From: an uncultured Bacilli bacterium
Lineage (GTDB): Bacteria; Bacillota_I; Bacilli_A; RF39; UBA660
Length of the DNA stretch: 64,000 bases
Direction of reading: 5' to 3'
Assembly: GCA_934086395.1 (NCBI GenBank)
Contig: CAKOIE010000004.1
Location: 285 to 64,284 of the forward strand
This document shows, piece after piece, positions 37,720 to 46,699 of the stretch. Numbering within the stretch: position 1 is the first letter of the stretch; the number at the start of each line of letters is the position of its first letter. The translations under genes were made by a program, and so were the position numbers. Under the pieces are notes generated by a model. That model was given only the letters and a program-made list of their open reading frames with translations. It searched no databases and was not told where the DNA came from.

Positions 37720-38307
37720 TTATTTTGTTCTAAAAATATTAATTTTTTTATTTTTAATAGTTTTTCCTATCACAATATTTGGATTCTTTTTAATTAGATA
37801 ATCACTGATATCTTTAAAATCTTCACCGACTAAAACAGTTGAATAAATTAATATTATAAAATTATTATTACCAACTATTATGTGTAAGTAATCATCTGAT
37901 TTGCTGTGTTTATTTATAGCTAAATTATTTTCTTTATATATTTTTTCTATTTCATAATATTTAAATGAATATATTTCTTTACCTTGTTTAATTATCATAT
38001 AATTGTCAGTTAAAAAATAATATCTTTCATTCCAATAATCAATATTACCAATTTTATCTAAAAGATTATTAATTGTTAAATATTTTTTTATTTGTTTTAA
38101 AGTCATGAATGTTTCTATTCTTTCAGAAGTTCTTCCAATTACAATTAATCCAACAAAAAATAAATAATAGTAAACATTATATTTGATACCAACATATAAA
38201 AATATAGTAAGTAAAATAAAAGTTACGCATATGTAAACAATTATATCACTTTTACCGATATCGATATATTCATCTAATGTTAATTTTTTCTTTTCCCTGT
38301 TTTTCAT
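37720..38307 (-). CDS. Two-TM membrane protein, unknown function
   Basis: 195-aa ORF with two adjacent hydrophobic helices near the N-terminus. Confidence 0.5.
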   Translation of the reverse strand: MKNREKKKLTLDEYIDIGKSDIIVYICVTFILLTIFLYVGIKYNVYYYLFFVGLIVIGRTSERIETFMTLKQIKKYLTINNLLDKIGNIDYWNERYYFLTDNYMIIKQGKEIYSFKYYEIEKIYKENNLAINKHSKSDDYLHIIVGNNNFIILIYSTVLVGEDFKDISDYLIKKNPNIVIGKTIKNKKINIFRTK

Positions 38308-38402
38308 TTTTCTCTCTTTACCATAATTATAATCTAAATTATCAAAAGCAAGTAAATTTTTTTATTATAAAAGCCTTGAAATTCAAGGCTTAAAAATCTA
38401 AA

Positions 38403-38479
38403 TGGTCGAGAAGACAGGATTCGAACCTGCGACCCCTACGTCCCAAGCGTAGTGCTCTACCAAACTGAGCTACTTCTCG
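38403..38479 (-). tRNA. tRNA-Pro (TGG)
   Basis: Acceptor CGAGAAG/CTTCTCG, anticodon loop CTTGGGA, T-arm GGTTCGAATCC, CCA encoded. Confidence 0.9.
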
Positions 38480-38512
38480 ATAAAAAAGCCTTTCGGCTTT
38501 ACTCTTACTTTA

Positions 38513-38588
<76 letters not shown>

Positions 38589-38592
38589 ATCA

Positions 38593-38669
38593 TGGCGGTT
38601 CGTACGGGATTCGAACCCGTGATCTTCTGCGTGACAGGCAGACGTCATAGGCCTCTAGACTAACGAACC
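38593..38669 (-). tRNA. tRNA-Asp (GTC)
   Basis: GGTTCGTTAGTCTAGAGGCCTATGAC..., anticodon loop CTGTCAC, CCA encoded. Confidence 0.9.
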
Positions 38670-38670
38670 A

Positions 38671-38747
38671 TGGTTGCGGGAGCCGGATTTGAACCAACGA
38701 CCTCCAGGTTATGAGCCTGGCGAGCTACCGAGCTGCTCTATCCCGCG
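38671..38747 (-). tRNA. Initiator tRNA-fMet (CAT)
   Basis: CGCGGGATAGAGCAGCTCGGTAGCTCG...CTCATAA... Shows a C1:A72 mismatch and close similarity to bacterial initiator tRNA. Confidence 0.85.
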
Positions 38748-38756
38748 ATAACTATA

Positions 38757-38847
38757 TGGCGGAGAAAAAGGGATTCGAACCCCTGCGCCGTTGCCGACCT
38801 CCTGGTTTTCAAGACCAGTCCCTTCAACCAGACTTGGGTATTTCTCC
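38757..38847 (-). tRNA. tRNA-Ser (TGA)
   Basis: Long variable arm, anticodon loop CTTGAAA, CCA encoded. Confidence 0.9.
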
Positions 38848-38873
38848 GTTTCCTTCTTTCAAGGAACAAATAG

Positions 38874-38903
38874 ATTATATCACACTAAAAAAAATTAAGT
38901 CAA
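38874..38903 (-). promoter_or_regulatory. Promoter of the minus-strand tRNA cluster
   Basis: TTGACT (38898-38903) - N18 - TG-n-TATAAT (38874-38879) on the minus strand. Confidence 0.55.
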
Positions 38904-39025
38904 CAATTAGAAACACTTTTTTTACTTTTTTTTCATATTTCCTTGTATGTATATGTATTTTTATTCAAAAAAATACTTAAAAATAATAAAAAAACTAAAA
39001 TTTTAACAAATTTTTAAAAAAAGTA

Positions 39026-39054
39026 TTGCACTAATTAAAATTATTTGGTATATT
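39026..39054 (+). promoter_or_regulatory. Promoter of the plus-strand tRNA cluster
   Basis: TTGCAC (39026-39031) - N17 - TATATT (39049-39054). Confidence 0.55.
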
Positions 39055-39087
39055 CAAGAAGTCTTAGTTATTAAGACAAATGTGCCC

Positions 39088-39176
39088 GCCCGAGTGGCGG
39101 AATAGGTAGACGCACAGGACTTAAAATCCTGCGAGCATAATAACTCGTGCCGGTTCAAGTCCGGCCTCGGGCACCA
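39088..39176 (+). tRNA. tRNA-Leu (TAA)
   Basis: Acceptor GCCCGAG/CTCGGGC, long variable arm, anticodon loop CTTAAAA, CCA encoded. Confidence 0.9.
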
Positions 39177-39191
39177 TTTAATATATTAGTC

Positions 39192-39268
39192 GGGCGATTA
39201 GCTCAGTTGGTTAGAGCACCTGCCTTACAAGCAGGGGGTCGTAGGTTCGAGTCCTACATCGCCCACCA
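39192..39268 (+). tRNA. tRNA-Val (TAC)
   Basis: GGGCGATTAGCTCAGTTGGTTAGAGCA..., anticodon loop CTTACAA. Confidence 0.9.
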
Positions 39269-39276
39269 TTTAAATT

Positions 39277-39352
39277 GCCGACATAGCGTAATTGGTAGCG
39301 CAACTGACTTGTAATCAGTAGGTTGGGGGTTCGATTCCCTCTGTCGGCACCA
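39277..39352 (+). tRNA. tRNA-Thr (TGT)
   Basis: GCCGACATAGCGTAATTGGTAGCGC..., anticodon loop CTTGTAA. Confidence 0.9.
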
Positions 39353-39362
39353 TTTATAAAAT

Positions 39363-39446
39363 GGGAGGATAGCGAAGTGGTCAAACGCGGCAGACTGTAA
39401 ATCTGTTCCTTCGGGTTCCATAGTTCAAATCTATGTCCTCCCACCA
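39363..39446 (+). tRNA. tRNA-Tyr (GTA)
   Basis: Acceptor GGGAGGA/TCCTCCC, extended variable arm, anticodon loop CTGTAAA. Confidence 0.9.
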
Positions 39447-39458
39447 CTTTTAAATAAT

Positions 39459-39534
39459 TGCCTCGTAGCCAAGTGGTAAGGCATCAGACTTTGACTCTGA
39501 CATTTCGGTGGTTCGAGTCCCCCCGAGGCAGCCA
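39459..39534 (+). tRNA. tRNA-Gln (TTG)
   Basis: TGCCTCGTAGCCAAGTGGTAAGGCA..., anticodon loop CTTTGAC. Confidence 0.9.
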
Positions 39535-39543
39535 ATTTAAAAT

Positions 39544-39619
39544 GTCCTGTTAGCTCAGTCGGTAGAGCATTTGACTTTTAATCAAAGGGTCTGGAGTTCG
39601 AATCTCCAACAGGACACCA
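39544..39619 (+). tRNA. tRNA-Lys (TTT)
   Basis: GTCCTGTTAGCTCAGTCGGTAGAGCA..., anticodon loop CTTTTAA. Confidence 0.9.
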
Positions 39620-39630
39620 TTTGAAATATT

Positions 39631-39658
39631 AACCTTCTCTATTCGAGAAGGTTTTATT
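39631..39658 (+). terminator. Intrinsic terminator of the tRNA cluster
   Basis: AACCTTCTC-TATTC-GAGAAGGTT followed by TTTATT. Confidence 0.7.
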
Positions 39659-39724
39659 GTGCTTATTTATAATTATAATAAAAGACAACCTGCCAAGGCC
39701 ATCCTTTAAACAATTATTGCTTTA

Positions 39725-40132
39725 TTATGCAAATAAGTTATCTTTATATTTAATATTATATTCACTCATTAAAATTCCAAAAGATTTATCATCTTCATAA
39801 ATATATTCTAAATCATTATTATAAGTTACATCAAAAGGATTAGCGTTAGAAGCAATATCAAATCTAGCACATTTGTTACCAAATATAACTTGTATTTCAA
39901 CGATATCTTTTTTATATTGTAATCTCTTCTTCTTAAAATTATCTAAAAAACCTTTATTTAATTTAATTAAGCATAAGTTAGCATATAATTTATTTCTAAT
40001 TATTGTAGGTTCATATGGAATTTCTTCTCCATCATTTTTTACATTAGAAATAAAGAAATTTTCACATTCTTCTTGATTTAAAGAAATAATATCTCCATTT
40101 TCAAATAATATATTAATTGCTTCTATCTTCAT
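39725..40132 (-). CDS. Hypothetical protein
   Basis: 135-aa ORF. No motif recognised. Confidence 0.45.
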   Translation of the reverse strand: MKIEAINILFENGDIISLNQEECENFFISNVKNDGEEIPYEPTIIRNKLYANLCLIKLNKGFLDNFKKKRLQYKKDIVEIQVIFGNKCARFDIASNANPFDVTYNNDLEYIYEDDKSFGILMSEYNIKYKDNLFA

Positions 40133-40239
40133 TCTTTATCCACCCTATAATAAGCATATCACATCTCATTAATTATGCAATCAAAAATACTTTATTTTTT
40201 TAAATTTTTATGATATATTATTTTTGCAATTATTTATTT

Positions 40240-40316
40240 GCGCTCATAGCTCAATTGGATAGAGCGTTAGACTACGGATCTAAAGGTTAGGGGTTCGACT
40301 CCCTTTGGGCGCACCA
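40240..40316 (+). tRNA. tRNA-Arg (ACG)
   Basis: GCGCTCATAGCTCAATTGGATAGAGCG..., anticodon loop CTACGGA, CCA encoded. Confidence 0.9.
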
Positions 40317-40357
40317 TTAAAAGATTTGTTCGAATAATTCGAACTTTAAATATATTT

Positions 40358-40384
40358 TCAGTCTAAAATATGACTGATTTTTTT
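40358..40384 (+). terminator. Intrinsic terminator after tRNA-Arg
   Basis: TCAGTC-TAAAATAT-GACTGA followed by T7. Confidence 0.7.
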
Positions 40385-40457
40385 ATATAAATCAAGATTA
40401 ATTGTACAATTATATTTTTTACCAATTTTATAAACACTATCCCTATAACAAAATAAT

Positions 40458-40605
40458 TTGATAAATATATGAATTTATGCTATTATGAATACGTAAGGAA
40501 AACTTACATAAAATAAAAAAGAGGAACATTTGATTTTGCAAGTAAATGTCGCCTCTAAATATATTGGTTGACACTCTATCAATGCTGATGAGTGTCTATT
40601 TTTTT
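40458..40605 (+). ncRNA. Predicted antisense small RNA of about 110 nt (candidate type I antitoxin)
   Basis: TTGATA (40458-40463) - N17 - TATTAT (40481-40486) promoter. Terminator hairpin GACACTC-loop-GAGTGTC (40570-40596) followed by T-rich TATTTTTTT. Fully complementary to the 3' end and 3' UTR of the minus-strand small ORF. Confidence 0.4.
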
Positions 40606-40688
40606 ATTGCTAACACCAATAAGGTGGAAAGTAACAAAATGATAGCAATGAGCTTTAGAACTTTTATTATAAAAGTCTTAATTTTCAT
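40596..40688 (-). CDS. 30-aa hydrophobic peptide (candidate type I toxin), absent from the ORF track
   Basis: ATG at 40688 is preceded by AAAGGAGG with a 9-nt spacing. It encodes MKIKTFIIKVLKLIAIILLLSTLLVLAIKK and ends in TAG. Upstream is a TTGTTT-N17-TATAAT promoter (40755-40783, minus strand). The 5' UTR contains CCTCC, which could pair with the SD. Downstream hairpin plus U-run at about 40511-40556. Confidence 0.5.
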   Translation of the reverse strand: MKIKTFIIKVLKLIAIILLLSTLLVLAIKK

Positions 40689-40867
40689 CTTTATCTACCT
40701 CCTTTCTTTTTCAAGATTGGAGGACGACACTCACATCAAATATTCCTGTTAAAAATTATATAACAAATAAATTTATAAAACAAGCGAACAGATGAAAATT
40801 TTTATGAAGTATTTTTATTGATTTTTCATTCAATTTAACATATTATATACGAAAAGGGAAAAAGAGT

Positions 40868-41734
40868 ATGAATAATGAATTTGAAAAATTAGAAGTATTT
40901 TATTTACGAAGTACATTTATAAAAGATTTTAGCAGTTACATAAAATCAAGAGACGATTATAGCTTAGTTAAAAATATTCATAATTTATTACAAATAGATA
41001 CCTCTTTTAATAAACAAGATTTAATTAAAGTAAAAGAATTTTATGAAGATTATTTTAAAGTAAAAGATATAGTTTATTATCCACAAAGATTACCTATGTC
41101 TAAATATTTTAGAAATAAAAAAATAGACGAATTAGGAATGATTTCTCCTTTTGATATACCTGTAAGTTTTTATGATTATGTTATTACTTCTAGTAAAGAT
41201 TATAACAAAATATCTTCTAGTGTAGATGGAGGTATAATTCCATATAAAAAGGATAATATAAGATATGTTAAAAAGTTAAGTTTAGTACTAACTAAAGTTG
41301 TATTAAGTACATATATTCATGAAATAGCACATACTCAGCAAACATTTTTAAATAGTCCTAATGATGAAATGATTCCAATTTTTATAGAGTTAATGTTTGC
41401 AAATTATTTTGATGAATTTAACTTAAGAAAATATTTGAGATTAAACAATGTATTAAATAATTTGGAATTTATCGATAATGTTCGTTTTCCTCATGATGAA
41501 TTATTAGTTGTTCAAAAAAATGATGCTACAAAATATGTTGAATCAACATTAAAAGCTTTTATGCTATACTTTATTTATACTAATGAACAATTATCAAGTA
41601 AGAAAGCCCAAATCATAGATGGAATTCAAGATTGTTTTGATAATAAGTTAAGTGTAAAAGAATTTCTTAATAGAAATGATATAAAAGAAGATAATTATAA
41701 AAACTTATCATTAATAAGACAATATTTTAAATAA
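40868..41734 (+). CDS. Hypothetical protein with an HExxH motif (possible metallopeptidase)
   Basis: 288 aa. STYIHEIAHTQQ contains HEIAH. No signal peptide. Confidence 0.5.
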   Translation: MNNEFEKLEVFYLRSTFIKDFSSYIKSRDDYSLVKNIHNLLQIDTSFNKQDLIKVKEFYEDYFKVKDIVYYPQRLPMSKYFRNKKIDELGMISPFDIPVSFYDYVITSSKDYNKISSSVDGGIIPYKKDNIRYVKKLSLVLTKVVLSTYIHEIAHTQQTFLNSPNDEMIPIFIELMFANYFDEFNLRKYLRLNNVLNNLEFIDNVRFPHDELLVVQKNDATKYVESTLKAFMLYFIYTNEQLSSKKAQIIDGIQDCFDNKLSVKEFLNRNDIKEDNYKNLSLIRQYFK

Positions 41735-41779
41735 CTTGCCATTAATTGGTAAGTTTTCTTTTTTATTAACCATAATAAA

Positions 41780-43183
41780 ATGAGTGATAATATGTTAATA
41801 AATGAAATTAAAAATAACTATAAAGATGTTCCGGATTTAAAATTAAGAAAAATTAAATATAAGTTATCTAATATCTATATTTTTTATGTAGAAACTATTT
41901 GTAGTAGTGAACAAATTAATAACTTTATATTAAAAAATATAACTAATCCAGTTAAGAAAAGAAATATTAATAATATATTAGCAACACCTAATTTAGTTAA
42001 AATTAATAAAGATGAAATTGATAAATATTTGTTTAATGGATTCTCTATTTTAATTTATAAAAATAAAATATTTGCATTAGAAACTAAAGCTAATTTAGAT
42101 AGAAGTATTAATACTCCTGAGATAGAACCAGAACTTTATGGAGCAAAAGATTCATTTGTTGAAAATTATCAAAAAAATATTGGATTAATAAAAAGAAGAA
42201 TTAAGTCTAAAGATATTAAAATTAAAGAATATTCAATTGGAAAGTATACTAGTACTAAAACAGGTCTAATTTATATTGAAGGTATAACTAATATGGAATA
42301 TGTTAATAATTGTGAAAAAATACTTAAAAATATAAATGTAGATGGAATAGTTGATGCTGGTGAATTAAAACAATATGTGGTAAGAGAACATTCTACTTAT
42401 TTTCCTAAGGTTAAATTAACAGAAAAACCTAATATGGTTGTTCATGCTTTATTAGAAGGTAAAATAGTAATTATAGTTGATACTTCCCCATTTGCAATTA
42501 TTGCTCCAGCTGTTTTGGCAGACTTTATCAATCCGATATCAGATAATTATGTTTATGCTAAAAATGTTAATTTTTTAAAAATACTTAGATTGGTATGCTT
42601 ATTTGTAACAGTTCTAACTCCGGCCTATTATGTTGCAATTGCCAATTATAATCAAGAAACTATTCCATCTAATCTTCTTATAAGTTTTATTACCCAAAGA
42701 GAAGGCGTTCCCTTTCCTACTACAGTTGAAGCCCTTATCATGTTAATAATATGTGAAATCTTAAGAGAAAGTGATATTAGGTTTCCATCAAATTATGGTT
42801 CAGCAATATCAATACTTGGTGCTTTAATTATTGGAGAGGCAGCAGTTAACGCTAGTCTTGTTAGTCCTATAATGATTATAACTATCTCATTAACGTTTAT
42901 TAGTAGTATGATATTTAATAATATTGAACTTAATGCAGCATTAAGATCATGGCGATTCTTTAGTTTATTTATTGCCTCTATATATGGACTTTTTGGAGTT
43001 GCAATATCATTTTTATTATTAATTGTAAATTTAACAAGTACTTATTCATTTAACCTATCATATACCTTCCCTGCTTCTCCATTTAATTTAAGTTATTTAA
43101 AAGAAACCTTATTTGCAGTTAAAAGAAAAAATAATATGACAAGATCAAAATATTTAAGTAAAAATATTAGAAAGCAAAGATAA
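41780..43183 (+). CDS. Spore germination protein, GerA family A subunit
   Basis: DRSINTPEIEPELYGAKDSFVENYQKNIGLIKRRIK plus a C-terminal multi-TM region are typical of GerAA/GerKA-type proteins. Confidence 0.85.
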   Translation: MSDNMLINEIKNNYKDVPDLKLRKIKYKLSNIYIFYVETICSSEQINNFILKNITNPVKKRNINNILATPNLVKINKDEIDKYLFNGFSILIYKNKIFALETKANLDRSINTPEIEPELYGAKDSFVENYQKNIGLIKRRIKSKDIKIKEYSIGKYTSTKTGLIYIEGITNMEYVNNCEKILKNINVDGIVDAGELKQYVVREHSTYFPKVKLTEKPNMVVHALLEGKIVIIVDTSPFAIIAPAVLADFINPISDNYVYAKNVNFLKILRLVCLFVTVLTPAYYVAIANYNQETIPSNLLISFITQREGVPFPTTVEALIMLIICEILRESDIRFPSNYGSAISILGALIIGEAAVNASLVSPIMIITISLTFISSMIFNNIELNAALRSWRFFSLFIASIYGLFGVAISFLLLIVNLTSTYSFNLSYTFPASPFNLSYLKETLFAVKRKNNMTRSKYLSKNIRKQR

Positions 43184-43184
43184 T

Positions 43185-44240
43185 ATGAAAAAGATAATAT
43201 TAATATTAATAACTTTATTTTTAACTACTGGTTGTTTTAATTATTTAAGTCTAAACGAAATTGCAGTAGTATCTTTAATTCATATAGATTATAAAGATGA
43301 ATATATTGTTACAGTTGAAGTAAGAGAAAATGAAAAAGATAATCCTAATGCATCTAATTTTTATACTAATTCAGGGATGTCGTTAGATATTGCCTTTGAA
43401 AATATAGGTTTAACTTTAAATAAAGCCTTATATTTAGTTGATACAGATACGTTAATTATTACTGATAATATAATTAAAGATAAACTTAATAATACATTAG
43501 ATTACTTAACTAGACAAAATAATATTGGAAATAACTTTAATATATTAGTATCTAATGATGATATAAATAAAATAACAGAAACTATTAAATCAAATAATAA
43601 AATTGTAGGATCATATATAAAAGATAGTATTAATAATCCATATAACAATATTGTAGATATTAAATTTAATAAATTTGTTAAAAATTACTTAAATGATTAT
43701 AAAGATATGATACTCCCCTATGGGAAATTAAATAATGATAAATTTATGATAGATGAAGCAATAATATTTAATAATAATAAAGATTTAATTAGAATAAATA
43801 ATGATGATGTTAAAATATATAATTTACTTAATAATGTTGATAGATATTCTTTATTTAAGATTAATTATAAAGAAGGATTCCTTATATATAGAGTTAAAAG
43901 TATTAAAACTAAAATAGATTATAAAGATAATAATATTAAAATAAAGTTAGATATAATTGGTAATTTTAATGAAATAGATAATATAAGTTTAAATAAAAAT
44001 AGTATAAATGAAGTATTAGATTTAACTAAAGATAAAATAAATAATAATGTTAATATGTTTATTAATAAGTTATTAGTTAATAATATTGATGCTTTAGGAT
44101 TTAAGAAAATAATATATAATAAGACTAAAAATAAATTAGATAACATTAATAATTTAAAATGTGATATTTTAGTTGATGTAGCCTTAGAAAGAGAAGAATT
44201 AACTTTTGATAATATAGGAGATAAACGAAATGAAATATAA
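43185..44240 (+). CDS. Spore germination protein, Ger(x)C family lipoprotein
   Basis: Lipobox LTTGCF, size, and position inside a ger operon. Confidence 0.75.
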   Translation: MKKIILILITLFLTTGCFNYLSLNEIAVVSLIHIDYKDEYIVTVEVRENEKDNPNASNFYTNSGMSLDIAFENIGLTLNKALYLVDTDTLIITDNIIKDKLNNTLDYLTRQNNIGNNFNILVSNDDINKITETIKSNNKIVGSYIKDSINNPYNNIVDIKFNKFVKNYLNDYKDMILPYGKLNNDKFMIDEAIIFNNNKDLIRINNDDVKIYNLLNNVDRYSLFKINYKEGFLIYRVKSIKTKIDYKDNNIKIKLDIIGNFNEIDNISLNKNSINEVLDLTKDKINNNVNMFINKLLVNNIDALGFKKIIYNKTKNKLDNINNLKCDILVDVALEREELTFDNIGDKRNEI

Positions 44241-45183
44241 TAAATTAGAATATAATTCAGCTTTATTTTTATCTAGTATATCTTTATTTTTAGGTATTGG
44301 TATTAGTAAAATTATTAATAATTTAGGTAGTGATTCTTGGATATCTATTATTTTAGGTACTCTACTCGGATTAATTATAAATTATATATTTAGTAAGTTA
44401 CCTGATAGAGAAAATAAAATATTAACTTATATTTATAGCACTATAATATTATTAATTAGTTTACTTTTAATAACAAAGTTAATATCTTCTATATATTTAA
44501 ATAAAACACCTGATATTATTGTTATATTACCTTTAATTTTAATTATATATTATTCAGTAAGTAAAGGAATAAATACAATATTTAAAGCTTCTTTAATTAT
44601 TTGTTTTGGATATTTATTAATTACAAGTATTCCTGCAATTGCATTAACTCCTAAAATTGATATTGATAATTTTAAACCTTTTTTTACAAGTAATATTATT
44701 AGTATTATTAAATCTAGTTTAGATTATGCTTTTATTAGTACTGCTCCTTTTATTTTATTTAATAAATTTAAAGAAAATTATAACTATAAAACTTATTTAT
44801 TATCTTCTTTTTTATTATTATTTATATTTGTAGGTATTATTGGTAATTTAGGTGTTAATTTAGCTAAGTTATATCGTTATCCTGAATATATGGTTTTTAA
44901 AGAGATTTCAGTTTTAGGATTTGTTGAAAATATTCAAAATATTTTATCTTATTTATGGCTTTTTTGTTCTTTTGTTTTATCATCTATAGCAGCAAATAAT
45001 ATTAAGAAGATATCAAATAAGACTTTATTAATAATTGCTTTAATATTAGTTACTATTTTATTAACAAAGATTATTTTAAATAATTATATTTATACAGAAT
45101 ATATTACTAAGTATTATGGAGAAATATTATTATCAACAATTATTTTAGGTATTATGTCAAGATTATTACCAAGTAAAAATTGA
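44230..45183 (+). CDS. Spore germination protein, GerAB-type permease subunit
   Basis: About 10 TM segments. Overlaps the C-subunit gene by 11 nt. Confidence 0.7.
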   Translation: MKYNKLEYNSALFLSSISLFLGIGISKIINNLGSDSWISIILGTLLGLIINYIFSKLPDRENKILTYIYSTIILLISLLLITKLISSIYLNKTPDIIVILPLILIIYYSVSKGINTIFKASLIICFGYLLITSIPAIALTPKIDIDNFKPFFTSNIISIIKSSLDYAFISTAPFILFNKFKENYNYKTYLLSSFLLLFIFVGIIGNLGVNLAKLYRYPEYMVFKEISVLGFVENIQNILSYLWLFCSFVLSSIAANNIKKISNKTLLIIALILVTILLTKIILNNYIYTEYITKYYGEILLSTIILGIMSRLLPSKN

Positions 45184-45226
45184 CATTGTAATTTAGGACT
45201 GCTATTATAAATTGCAGGGTGATTAA

Positions 45227-46156
45227 ATGAAAAAAGTTTTAGCTTATATTGTTGCATTTAGTACAATGATTAGTGGATTTATATTAGCACAAAAAGGATG
45301 TAATGAAGTTAAAGATATCGTTAAAAGTTTTTCTTTATCACAAGATATTAATAATTTAATAGGTAAAGTAAAGGATAAATTTAAAAATAAAGATAATGAG
45401 GTTATAGAGGAAGCTATTAAGCAAAATGAAACTACGAATAGTTATGAAGAGACTGTAGAGTTAACTAATAATTCTGTAACTGAGGAAGATATTATACCTA
45501 CTACTATAGAGGAAACTATTCCAGAAGAGACTATACCAGAAGAGACTATACCAGAAGAGACTATACCAGAAGAAACAGAATATAAATATAGTGATGTTGA
45601 AATATCATCATTTGCTACTGTCGACCTACCTTTATATGATGAATATGGAAACATATTATGTATGGTAGAAAAATATGAAAAAGTTATAATAACTGATTTA
45701 ACTAATTATTTTAATAGACTTGTTAAGTGTAAATTAAGTGATGATACTATTGGTTATATAGATTTTACAATGTTAGAACTATTACCAGAAACTTATGCTG
45801 AGGTAGATATTAGTGAGCAAAAAGTATATTGTTATTATCAAGGTGAGTTAGTACTTGTTGCCGATTGTGTAACGGGAATTCCAACTTATGGAACAACTAA
45901 AGGAACTAATAAAGGATATACTGAGATTAATGGTAAATTATATAATTCTAAATTAATGGGAGATGCCCCATCTAAGATATTTATTTCCTTTAATTCTGAT
46001 GGTGAAGGTTTTCATGATGCTAGTTGGTGCAATCAATTTGGAGGAGACATTTATTTAACTAATGGATCACATGGATGTGTAAATATGAAGTTAGAAGATG
46101 CTCTAGTTCTTGATGAATATTTGCATAAAGGGGATAAAGTTTTAGTCCATAAATAA
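45227..46156 (+). CDS. L,D-transpeptidase (YkuD domain) with an N-terminal anchor and an EETIP repeat linker
   Basis: The C-terminal GFHDASW...TNGSHGCVNM is the YkuD catalytic signature. Confidence 0.8.
   Translation: MKKVLAYIVAFSTMISGFILAQKGCNEVKDIVKSFSLSQDINNLIGKVKDKFKNKDNEVIEEAIKQNETTNSYEETVELTNNSVTEEDIIPTTIEETIPEETIPEETIPEETIPEETEYKYSDVEISSFATVDLPLYDEYGNILCMVEKYEKVIITDLTNYFNRLVKCKLSDDTIGYIDFTMLELLPETYAEVDISEQKVYCYYQGELVLVADCVTGIPTYGTTKGTNKGYTEINGKLYNSKLMGDAPSKIFISFNSDGEGFHDASWCNQFGGDIYLTNGSHGCVNMKLEDALVLDEYLHKGDKVLVHK
45509..45571 (+). repeat. 15-bp in-frame tandem repeat (about 4 units) encoding (E)ETIP
   Basis: GAAGAGACTATACCA is repeated three times exactly, with degenerate flanking units. 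Confidence 0.85.
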
Positions 46157-46186
46157 AAGGCTTACAATTTTGTAAACCTTTTTGTT

Positions 46187-46699
46187 TTAGATTAATTTAC
46201 CTATTACTCCGTAACTTACGATCATCATAATTACACTTGCCATAATAACTCCTAAAATAGCAGCTAAAAAGGCTTTCTTCTTATCCATTCTAAGTAATGT
46301 CGCAATTAAGCATCCTGTCCATGCACCTGTTCCTGGAAGTGGTACTCCAACAAATAAGACTAATCCCCAAAAACCTAATTTTTCGATTTGGCCTTTTTTT
46401 TCATTACCTTTTCTTTCACAAAAATCAATAAATTTAACTAAAATTTTATGTTTCTTCATGAATGCGAATACTGAATCTAAAAACCATAAAATTAAAGGGA
46501 TAGGAATTAGATTACCTATTATTGAAATTATATAAGCAGGTACTGGTGGAACTTTTAATAAACTTGCTGCTATTAAGCCACCTCTAAGTTCTAAAATTGG
46601 CATTAGAGAAATAACAAACACAGTTATATATTTTCCTATCATAGCCCCAGAACTAGCGCCAAATATTCCTATTATATAATTAACTATTTTATCTACCAT
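46187..46699 (-). CDS. Small multidrug-export-like membrane protein (COG2426 type)
   Basis: The PILELRGGLIAA motif and 4-5 TM segments are typical of the Sm_multidrug_ex family. Confidence 0.6.
   Translation of the reverse strand: MVDKIVNYIIGIFGASSGAMIGKYITVFVISLMPILELRGGLIAASLLKVPPVPAYIISIIGNLIPIPLILWFLDSVFAFMKKHKILVKFIDFCERKGNEKKGQIEKLGFWGLVLFVGVPLPGTGAWTGCLIATLLRMDKKKAFLAAILGVIMASVIMMIVSYGVIGKLI

Noticed and set aside
38711-39447. ORF-track proteins 38711-38980 (+) and 39211-39447 (-)
   Set aside because: They are read straight through tRNA genes (Ser/fMet and Val/Thr/Tyr), so they are artefacts.
40546-40752. The 68-aa plus-strand ORF from the ORF track
   Set aside because: It has no RBS and it spans a plus-strand terminator hairpin. 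The opposite strand carries a much better supported 30-codon ORF with its own promoter and RBS.
45509-45571. Short tandem repeats as a possible CRISPR array or other repeat array
   Set aside because: The units are contiguous, 15 bp long and in frame within a coding sequence, with no spacers.
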